A DNA stretch of 64,000 bases from Azolla caroliniana (taxonomy: Eukaryota; Plantae; Polypodiophyta). Shown here piece by piece: positions 36,345-46,520 of this stretch. The first letter of the stretch is position 1. Every line of letters begins with the position of its first letter. The notes beneath the pieces are model-generated. The model made no database searches and was not told the DNA's origin. It saw only the letters and a list, made by a program, of their open reading frames with translations. Where the stretch lies: contig JBHGNT010000017.1 in the NCBI GenBank assembly GCA_043228905.1, positions 17,794,001-17,858,000 of the forward strand. The letters are read 5' to 3'. Both the position numbers and the translations under genes were made by a program.

Positions 36345-37123
36345 CAAGGCAGGAATTTGACGGGTGTCGAAGGTCATTTTGCCCGTAAAAAACATAAACA
36401 TAATAAAAATGCCCCTCAAGTGACATATAAAGTTTAAATATCCATTTTTCATGCGAAAGGCCCCTACAAATTATGCATGTCAAATGACATGTTAAAATTC
36501 TATTTTCCATGTCATATATATTATATACATATACATATGTCAATTATTATATATATGAAGCGTGTATTATAATATATTAATATTATATAAAAAAATTCCA
36601 AAAAATTATATGTTTTTTATAGCACGCTTAAAATAATATCATTATCATGAAATAATGGTATATATTCTCAAATATTTATTCTTAATTTCTTTACTAATAA
36701 TATTAGTTGAAATTTGATTGAAATTTTAAACAATAACCTTTATTAAATACATACTTTAAGAGTGTATAACTCTAGGTTTGATTTTAATGTTTTAAGTGTT
36801 AAGTTAAAACTAAATTTTTTTACTTACATAAAATTTTAAGTTAAAACTAACTTTTTTTTCATACTTATTAGTAAAAACATTAACATGATATTAATTTTAT
36901 GTATTTCATTATCTTTGTTAGGTAGCTATGTTTATTTATGCATCTTTGTGCACTTTCTATAGTAATGAAATGTATAACAATGAAACATCATATAGAACTT
37001 TCATTATTAAAAATTGTATGTCAAATGACATGTTAGTTTTTGCACTCTTGTGTCATATGACATACATCTTTAAAAAATGCCCATCAAAAAACTTTTATAC
37101 TAACCTGTCAAATTCAGGCCCTG
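36345..37123. mobile_element. Non-autonomous hAT-type DNA transposon (MITE), 779 bp
   Basis: Imperfect TIRs CAAGGCAGGAATTTGACGGGT / CAGGGCCTGAATTTGACAGGT; perfect 8-bp TSD ATCCACAA (36337-36344 and 37124-37131); AT-rich non-coding interior. Confidence 0.85.
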
Positions 37124-39079
37124 ATCCACAAGTTGTGTTGGATCTTATCCTCTTCAAGTTGACTTAATCAATATGGTGGATTCTCATAGAAACAAAAACT
37201 AATATAAAATCTATTTTATGGTCCACATTGTCTATAGGTGGTAGTTCCGAAGGAAAAACATTGTTGACATATTTTATGATTGAATCATGTTCTCTTTGTT
37301 TATAAAAGGTATTTGATTCACATCAACATTAAAATGATAATATTGAGGCACAAGATTAATCACTCAACAATAATCATCGAAAGAACATAAACACTCATAT
37401 CGAAGAGACACGTGATTTTGAAGGATGTGTTGTACATCGAATAACGTGTGTAACACTTTATAGTGCGAATGTGCTAGGATGGTTAATCAAATTGATCCAC
37501 GATTTTTTATTATAAACCAAGGATAACCCAATCAACGGATCTTAGTTTCATCACATTAAAGTGGAGCTTTTCTACATAGGCATAACCATAACTTATCTCG
37601 TGATAGTTAAAATCATAGTTTTCTACACACGAAGATAAGAGTGTGAGGTTATTTGAGAATGTAAAGAAGGTTGGATTGTGTGAACTTGCTTGGGGGTCGT
37701 GGGTCTAGCTATAAATATGAAGCTTAACTATCCTCATTTGACACATTATTCAACTACATCAACATTGTGATCTTATGGTGATCAGACTATTGTGGCGAGT
37801 GTGTGCTAGTACTAGGTATCACTTGAAGCCATAACAGTGGTATGGGACAAGGCTCGGATCCATCTCGATCCCTTCACTCAAGGTTGGTCTAGTGGATCAA
37901 CACCCTTCTGTCAAAGGGCAACCCACTAAACAATGGTGCATTGATCACCTCAATGTGAAGATCACCAAAATAAAGCAATTTTTTGCGCAAGTTTGCATTC
38001 AATGCTCAAATTTTCTAACCAGATGTAATGTGGCGGTCCATGTTTGATCATGAATCTCAAAGAACAAATTATAAGCTTTCTTTAAATACATAAAATTCAA
38101 TACGTAAAGAGGGTAATGCTCCCAACGATCCATAGTAATCTCTCAAAGGCTCAATGACAAGATACAACTAAGTTCTTTACAACAATCAACTGGGTGACAT
38201 GGGGTGGGAGAAATAAAGATTAACGAAAGAAAATTATGGAAGAGCATTCTTGAAGTAGGCATGATGTATCTACAATTGAATCATTGATGACACATCCCCT
38301 TGGTCGACGAAGCCTATGCGATTGAATAAAAAAATGACAATCCCTGACAATGAGCTCTATTCCTCCTACAAGCATTTAAACTTCCTAATTTAATGGCATG
38401 CTTATATATCTTGTGCATTATATAGACCTGCCTTTTCCCTCCTCTTGCCCCTAATGAGATGTAAACCATTCACCTAAGTGATTGGCTCTTGCTTGACTCT
38501 CAACCCTCTTATCTCCTTTCAATTATGTCTTCCACCATAACCTTAACATATCATAAACATGGTATTTAGGCATTTTTCACCCTCCACACTACCCTATCTA
38601 ACCAGCCTCAATGTTGCCCTATCTAACCACACCATGTGTAGAGAAGGATGAGACTGCATGAAATTCAACAGAACTACTAAGTTATGATGCCATGATTCAC
38701 ACTTCAAAGACCCTTGAAACTTCTTCATTTGTCTTTTGGAATTCACCACATTCGACTAATTTGTCTTAGATTTTAATGTTTCCTAGTTTGATATTTGTTT
38801 TTCAAATAAAGAATGCCACTATTATTGTCCAAGATTGTATACCTTGAAACATAAATTAATGTAAAAAAAACCTTCCATGCCACCGATAAGCCCATAATTA
38901 GGCAAGATGCATTGTGATACCTCAACAAACTCCCAAATTCTTTGAGATCGGGCCTCAACTATATTTGCCACCTCTTTGACCCCCAAACCAAGCAATCAAT
39001 TAAACGGATAGTGTAATCTCTCCTTTTCTAGGCCAACATAATAACCAAGAAGACACAAGTAACTCTTTCTCCCTCTAAT

Positions 39080-39235
39080 GCCGGTGGCTTGGTGGTTTAC
39101 ACTATACCATCAAAAACTCATAAAATTGAGAGAACCTGAGTTTGATTCTCGCCATGGGCTAGGCCCCGTCTCATAGAACAAAATTGTCAAACTCGCCATG
39201 AGCTAGGCCCCGCAGGTCTCATAGAACAAAATTGG
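39080..39235 (+). repeat. tRNA-derived SINE-like fragment with a tandem ~40-bp duplication, upstream of the LRR-RK
   Basis: Box A-like TGGCTTGGTGG and box B-like GAGTTTGATTC, then CTCGCCATG(G/A)GCTAGGCCCCG..TCTCATAGAACAAAATT twice. Confidence 0.5.
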
Positions 39236-39555
39236 TCTTTGGTCTATCTGTCGGCCTATCTGATCTATGTGTTTATCTGGCTCTTGGGCATTACAAAGAG
39301 TTAAACACCCAAAGCAAAAGACTTCACATCACATGTTCAAAACTGCTTCATACTTGACCATTCAATACTGAAGGAGTCTGCTTGACTAATGCATCATCTA
39401 TACGTATTTATTTATACAGAAAAAAACTGCAAAAATCACTGTCACTGTAGTAGATAGACACAGCTGATCATGAGAGAAACATGCATGCACACAGGAAATA
39501 TATTAAGGATTTGAAGGAGAAGAAGAAGAAGCAGCAGAAGATTTCAGATTAGATC

Positions 39556-41794
39556 ATGGCTGGTTCAGTTTTCCCAGGTACCTCCACATCTCCCCTGTTC
39601 TTCCTATTCCTCATTGTTTCATGCCCATTCCTGTGCACATTGTCCATAGATGAGGAAGAAACCATAGACAAAGAAGCTCTACTGAGCTTCAAAGCCAGCA
39701 TCAATGGTGACCCACTTCGTGTGTTAAGCTCATGGAGCTCTTCACCTGATTCATTCCCTTGCAACAGCAGTTGGGCAGGGGTCACTTGCAACAATAATAA
39801 CAGCACAAATCAGAATGGAACCAGCAGAGTGACCTCATTAGACCTCAGGCAAAGCAACCTTACAGGAACTATATCCCCTTACCTCTCCAACCTCACCTTC
39901 CTAACATACCTTAACCTCTCCCTCAATAGCTTCACAGGGCCCATACCTGAACAGTTAGGCCAATTGTCATCACTAAACCATCTAGATTTCTTTCAGAATT
40001 TGCTATCTGGACCCATACCTTCTTCAATTAGCAATTGTAAATCCCTCATTTCGCTCGATTTCAGTTTGAATAGTGATGTGGTTGGGTCAATCCCACCTTC
40101 CCTCGGCCGTCTCACTACCCTTGATATACTTCGACTCCACAACCTGCCGAATTTGACAGGTACCATACCCCCTGAGCTTGGAAACCTTACCAATCTAAGG
40201 TATATGTATTTGGGTCAAAATGACTTGATTGGAAGCATACCGCCTGAGCTCGGTAAGCTCACGAAGCTCCTTGTACTTTACCTCATTATGAACAGGCTTA
40301 GTGGGGTGATCCCAGCAGAACTCGGCCGCCTTCATAGCCTTGAGACGTTGAACATATTTCAAAACAATCTCAATGGAAGCCTCCCCAAGGAGATTGGAAA
40401 CCTCACTAACCTCCAATACCTATATGCTCAGAACAACCAGCTTTCTGGCGAGTTGCCTTGGGAGATCGGAGACATGATAAGCTTGGAAGAGCTCGATCTC
40501 TCTTTGAATGCTCTATCTGGACCAATACCGGCAGTGATTGGCAAGCTCAAAAAGCTACAAAGATTATCCATATCGGACAATCATTTGAATGGAAGCCTCC
40601 CCAAGGAGATAGGAAACCTCACTAACCTCCTATACCTATATGCTCAGTCGAACCAGCTTTCTGGAGAGTTGCCTCGAGAGATCGGAGACATGCAAAGCTT
40701 GGAAGTGTTGAACCTCTTTTCCAATAAGTTCATTGGTGAAGTGCCCATTGAGATAACTAAACTTCACAACTTAAGTAGCTTCATTGTCCGTAGCAATAAC
40801 TTGAGTGGGAACATTCTAGCCAAGCTAGGAAATATGACAACACTAACTGAACTGTTCCTTGGGGAAAATGCGTTCACAGGATTCCTACCGTCTGAATTAG
40901 GAAATCTTGTGAACCTCAAAGTGTTTGAAGTTAGATCCAACAGGCTCCAAGGGGCCATCCCTTCCACATTAGGAAGACTGACAAAGCTATTTTATCTAGA
41001 CTTGTCCATGAATAATTTCTTGGGTGGTTTACCAGTTGAGTTGGTCAATTGTATACAGTTGCAATGGCTAAAACTTTTTGGTAACTCTTTGAGTGGGGAG
41101 TTTCCAAATCAATTCACGTCTCTGCGCCAGTTACATTCATTATCACTTGCAGACAACAACTTTAATGGAAGCCTGCCTCCCTCCTTTGTGAATGCGAGCA
41201 GTTTGGTGGTACTAGATTTTTCACATAATCAGTTCAGTGGCCCTCTCCCGGACCAATGGGGCGAACTAAAGAATCTAAGGGTTTTAAGTGTTAGTTATAA
41301 CAACCTAGAGGATGTCCTTCCCTTATGGATCTGGAATTTGAATCAGTTACAGATTTTGTCCCTGTCAAACAACCAATTCTCGGGTACGATTCCAGCTGAC
41401 ATAAACAACTTGGAGGGTTTCAAGAAGAATGACAGTAAATCCAATTTAGGACAAACTTTATGGAATGATGATGTGAATGTTGATGAAAAGGGTACACAAT
41501 TGAACTACGCGTATATTTTGGATGTCATCATATCTTTGGATTTGTCAGGGAATAAGCTGTCTGGTACCATACCCAATGATATTGGCTCATTGACCGGATT
41601 GACCAACCTAAATCTATCGAGAAATCTACTAACAGGACCAATTCCAAATAGTCTCGGAAATGTTATTGCACTTGAATCATTGGATCTCTCAAACAATCAG
41701 CTTAATGGTACAATTCCTACCCAGCTAACAAGTTTGACATTTTTAACATCCCTGAATCTATCAAACAATCAGTTAACAGGGGCAATCCCAGAAG
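39556..41794 (+). CDS. LRR receptor-like kinase, exon 1 (signal peptide, N-cap, 22 LRRs, island domain, 4 LRRs)
   Basis: Plant extracellular LRR consensus LxxLxLxxNxLsGxIP; N-cap C..W.GVTC; GT donor at 41795 (phase 1). Confidence 0.93.
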
Positions 41795-42108
41795 GTATGT
41801 CACAGAAAATTTGCTTTTGTTCATCAATTTGTTCGCATTGGCTTGAACTATTGGTTTCAACTCTTGGTTTGTGGAAGCCGAATGTTTGCGCCCTCATCTT
41901 TTGGAATAGTTTGCAAAATCCTAGATAAACCCATGCAAGCACATGAAGATGAACTTTAGAATTCATTTCATATTAGACCATGGCTTGAGACTTGAACCCA
42001 CAAACCTTATTGCCGTAAAGCATATGTGATATCCCTAGATCTTCAAAAATTGTTTTTCGTTATACACATAGTTTCTTATGTGTAGTGCAAAATTGCTTCC
42101 TTTTACAG

Positions 42109-42918
42109 GACATCAGTTTAACACCTTTCGGAATGACTCATATCTCGGAAATGCTGATCTCTGTGGGCGTCCACTTACGTTAAGCTGTTCACTGAAAGTG
42201 TCCAAATCTATTGCTCATGAACATGGCAGATCCAAAACCAAAATCATAATGATTTGTGTAGTTGTGGTTTTTATTTGTGCAATAATTGCTATACTCGTGT
42301 TTTTAATTGCTGCTAAAAAGTGGAGGAAAACTAAAGTTGTTATGTTCCACCCAAGGATCAAACTCTCTGCTCAAGAGATTTCTCGTGCAACAAACAAATA
42401 TAATGATGATAACATTATTGGTAGAGGTGGCTCAAGCACAGTCTACAAAGGTGTTTTAAGTAGTGGAATGATGGTTGCTGTCAAGAAACTGAATCTCCGC
42501 AACAGTCCAGAGGGTGAAAAATGTTTTGTATTGGAGTCAACTACATTGGGTCAAATTCGCCATCGAAATCTCGTGAAAATATTCGGTACCTTATCATCTG
42601 AAAATTCAAAATGCTTGATTCTGGATTACAAACCAAATGGGAACCTAGATTTGCATCTACACACACATACATCCAACTTAAGTTGGGATCAACGATTTAA
42701 TATCGCTCTTGGAGTAGCACATGGATTGGTTTATCTGCATGAGGAAACGGGATTCGGTCGGGTTCTCCACTGTGACCTCAAGCCGAGCAATATTCTTCTT
42801 GATGAGGATTTCGAGGCACATATCAGCGACTTTGGTATTGCACGGATGACAAGCTCTGAAATTGAATTTGCGGTTTCTATGTCGGGTATGCAAGGATCAA
42901 TTGGATATATGGCACCAG
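42109..42918 (+). CDS. LRR receptor-like kinase, exon 2 (C-cap, TM, kinase subdomains I-VIII, non-RD)
   Basis: Acceptor TTTTACAG at 42108; GHQFNTF..SYLGN..LCG, hydrophobic TM, GRGGSSTVYKG, VAVKK, HCDLKPSN, DFG, GSIGYMAP|GT. Confidence 0.93.
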
Positions 42919-43319
42919 GTATCCAGTCCACTATATTGTTTTCTTTGGGTTGTTCTTATGTATGTGTATGTGTGTGAGAGAGAAACGAAGTGAAATTATG
43001 CGACTTAAGAAGACCAAAATAATGCAAAAAATAATAATAAATGGAGAGTTAAAAAAGAGGATTCAATTAGAATGCATAAGTGTAGAAACTTCTCTAGTGG
43101 AAGGGTAGAGATAAAGAAGGTCCTAAAGAAAGGATTTTTCCTGTTTATTAGAGGTTTTGTAAATCATAACCACTGGATAATATAAATCATGTACAATGAT
43201 ATAAAAACCGTGGATACAAGTAATGCAAAGGATACAATGTATGCAAAAGAAATAAATAAACAGAGGAGAGGTAGAATGTTAGTGTGTCACCTCATGAATT
43301 CTCTAATACCCCTCTACAA

Positions 43320-43337
43320 GGTTTAGGGTTTAGGGTT
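43320..43337. repeat. Short interstitial plant telomere motif (TTTAGGG x2) in intron 2
   Basis: GGTTTAGGGTTTAGGGTT. Confidence 0.55.
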
Positions 43338-44119
43338 GTCTAATGCTATGAGGTTAGTGTAAAGAATGCTAACTCTGGTAGAGTTGGGGTGTGGGCAAGC
43401 GTAGTGCACGTGTGAGCAAGAGCGAGAATCAGAGAAAATAACCAGAAATAATAAAATACACAGTAGCAGGATGACAGCTTATGCACTGAGGAGAAAACTA
43501 TATTAATTAATTAAAAGTCATCAATTGAACAAAATGGGCAAAAGGGGTTTTATATACAGGTCCTCAAGGGACTACCACACTAAATTTTGACAGTGGAGTC
43601 TAATCATAGACATCCACTCGAGTACGATTCTGTCATAAGAATATCTAATATTCTTTGACCACATTTACACTTTACAACTAGATATCACAATCTAGTTCTT
43701 CATGTAACTAGATAGTTCATATGCATTGTTCGTTTCTTCATAAGCACATGTTCTTCATAGTTGATTCTCAATAGTAAGGTGTGTTGGCATGGCCTTCTAA
43801 AGAAGTCTTATCATCTGTATTTATACAGGCTGCCATGGCCAGTTACTCTTCAAGAGACATGCTCTAAATCTACAGATGTCTAATAGGAACAACCCCAAAG
43901 CTATACCCGATAGTAGAAAGTCCATGCATGACTCAAGAGAATGGTTCAGAAGGGCATAGCAACATGAAGTATTGGCCTCACATCCCCAACTTTCTAGTAG
44001 ACTGCAGAGCATATTGGCATCAATTGTCTAGGAAGATCCCACATTTCCATGTACTTTGAAGAAATGAAACTTACCTGACCAAAGCCTGTATGAGCATTAT
44101 TGGTGCAGCCAGCTTAGCC

Positions 44120-44122
<3 letters not shown>

Positions 44123-44182
<60 letters not shown>
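44123..44182. repeat. (AT)n microsatellite in intron 2
   Basis: About 30 AT units. Confidence 0.95.
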
Positions 44183-44184
<2 letters not shown>

Positions 44185-44576
44185 AGGCATAATATCTGAT
44201 ATACTGCTGAATACTATGAGCTTTGTTTTCCCAGGATTCACTGAGAGAGTGCACTATCTTGTGCAAAAGGATGTAGAGCATCCAAGTATTTTTATATGTA
44301 GCTCCATTCTGATAAAGCAACATTAAACCCCCTGTGTTGTCAAAGATAGTTCTTAGTGCCAACATGGGATCTACAGTATAGAGAATCTACTCCTCGGATC
44401 CCATGTGGTACCAGAAGCATTTGATTCTCTATGCTTTTGAAGCTTGAATAATAAATAAGCCTTTGTCAATAAGTGTCTTGGTTCAGCCAAGAGAGACAGA
44501 GAGAAAGGCAGATTGATTGAGATTGAATTAATTTTGATGGCTCTATATGACTTGCTTTGCTTTGATTAATTAGCAG

Positions 44577-44995
44577 AATATGCATATGGCGAGAGATTGA
44601 CGGACAAGGTGGATGTGTATAGCTATGGCGTCGTGGTATTAGAGATGATTACAAAGCGGCGTCCGACTAGCAACATTTTCATGGACGGAAAAAGCCTACC
44701 CAAATGGGCGCAATCCGCATTACAAGGGAATTGGATGGACGTGATTGATCCATACCTCGAGAAGGAAATCCAAGATGGATTAGTAGACCAGGAGACCATA
44801 TACAATGTATTGGCTTTGGCATTGGCTTGTGCCAAGGAATCTCCGAAAGATCGGCCAACAATGTTGGCTGTGCTAGAGACATTAGTTCTTTTGAAGCAAG
44901 GAAAGGTAATTGAGGTCCAAGTGGATACCAATTCAGATGCTACTAGTGAATTGGCTTTGTTGGACTCTGGGACTACCTTCAACTCGTCTTTGTGA
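44577..44995 (+). CDS. LRR receptor-like kinase, exon 3 (kinase C-lobe); spliced product 1155 aa
   Basis: Acceptor TAGCAG restores APE-Y; DVYSYG and RPTM follow; stop TGA at 44993-44995. Exons total 3468 nt, in frame. Confidence 0.92.
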
Positions 44996-45749
44996 GCATG
45001 AGAAATAGGGCATTCGGCACACTTATGTAAAGAAAATAGTTTTAGAAGTTGTCTGTTGATGTCACTTCAAGCCATCAATTGTATTTTTCATGCTCCAACT
45101 TAGCTTCCAACTTAGTTCCTGTATCATGCTCTATCTTAGTTGCTCTTAGGCACTCTGTGATAATATAACTTGTATTGCTTTCACTAACTCTATGTCAATT
45201 GGATTCAATGCGCTTGTCCTATCCGGCGCGACGTCCAGGGAGAACAACATAGCTTCTCCATGTTATAAATATGTGTACCAACATTGTATCTTGTATTGTA
45301 TTGTATTCTTTTTACTAAGAAATAAAAGAACATCACCTATGACTATGAGCAGGTAACAACTCTCAAAAAATTTCAATTCCTTTTGTGTGCTAGAGTAAAT
45401 TCCCTATGTGATATTCTTTCTCTCCCACATTCTTTTTTATATTGTATTTACTAGAAGACAAAAATAATTGGTTTTCTGTGGTTAGTACTCGAATATAAAA
45501 AGTGCAAGTAACTTTCTAAACCTCAAACATCCATTTACCACTTGCAAGCATGCCACATGTAAATATGGTACTTAGCAAACACACCTTAATTATTGTCACA
45601 ATGAGATGATGATAATCTAGGAAAAATCAAAATATAGAGGCACGATAACATTTGGTTAATGAGAGTGGTAGTGGTGAAGGACAAGTTATGCTATCATGAG
45701 TGGTGGTCACCTAATAATACACATTCCAAAATATAATCTTCATGAAAAC

Positions 45750-45882
45750 ATTGGGGACCGACAAACTTTGGCAATGTTCAATCAGGCTTGGCCTTTCGAC
45801 CTATGACTTGCTACGCTTGAGGGGGAGTGATAGCTGACTTGATAGTTGACTTAGTCGTGAAATAGTTGAGCTTCAAGGGGCG
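45750..45882 (+). mobile_element. 3' end remnant of a Copia (RNase H tail + double PPT)
   Basis: LGTDKL..LGL..LRGS-like tail, then CTTGAGGGGGAG and CTTCAAGGGGCG directly before the LTR; same layout as the 3' end of the Copia at 54245-54420. Confidence 0.65.
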
Positions 45883-46434
45883 TGTTGAGAATCAAACTGT
45901 CACGGACACACCAAGTGCGGACTCGGACGGAGCACGAATGATGGGGATAAGAACGTGGAACTTAAGAAGCTGGGAACTTAAGAGCATGAAGATAGAGATG
46001 AAGATTAAGGAGACAAGATGGAATGAAATGAGAATACTAGATTGATGTGTCAATGACTGGCGTTGAATCCCTTGAAAGGGACCAAGGAGGTTATAAGTAT
46101 TGTGAGGTACTATGCATTAGAATATTCTAGAGAATATTTTGGAGAATATTCTAGAACCCTCTAGAACTTTCTAAAAACTCCAAGAACTTGAATAGATAAT
46201 CTACGAAGATATACATAACATGACCATGTATTTGGATGTGTTGGTGTTGAGAGTCGAACTAAACTTCCCATAGTAATAGGTTTCACACTAGCTCATGGTC
46301 ATCCCAGGCTAGTTTTGTAAATAGTAGAAAGGGCACTTGCCCTAGTTTAGTTGGTATTCAAACCAACCCCTTGTAACTTCGTTAGTGTTGGAAGTATTTT
46401 GGTTAATGTAGTATACAGTCTTTTATCTCTGTCT

Positions 46435-46474
<40 letters not shown>

Positions 46475-46483
46475 TTTGCCTTA

Positions 46484-46520
<37 letters not shown>

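Noticed and set aside
43081-43318. TGTAG...CTACA solo-LTR candidate in intron 2
   Set aside because: No TSD (ATAAG vs AGGTT), PBS or PPT to support it.
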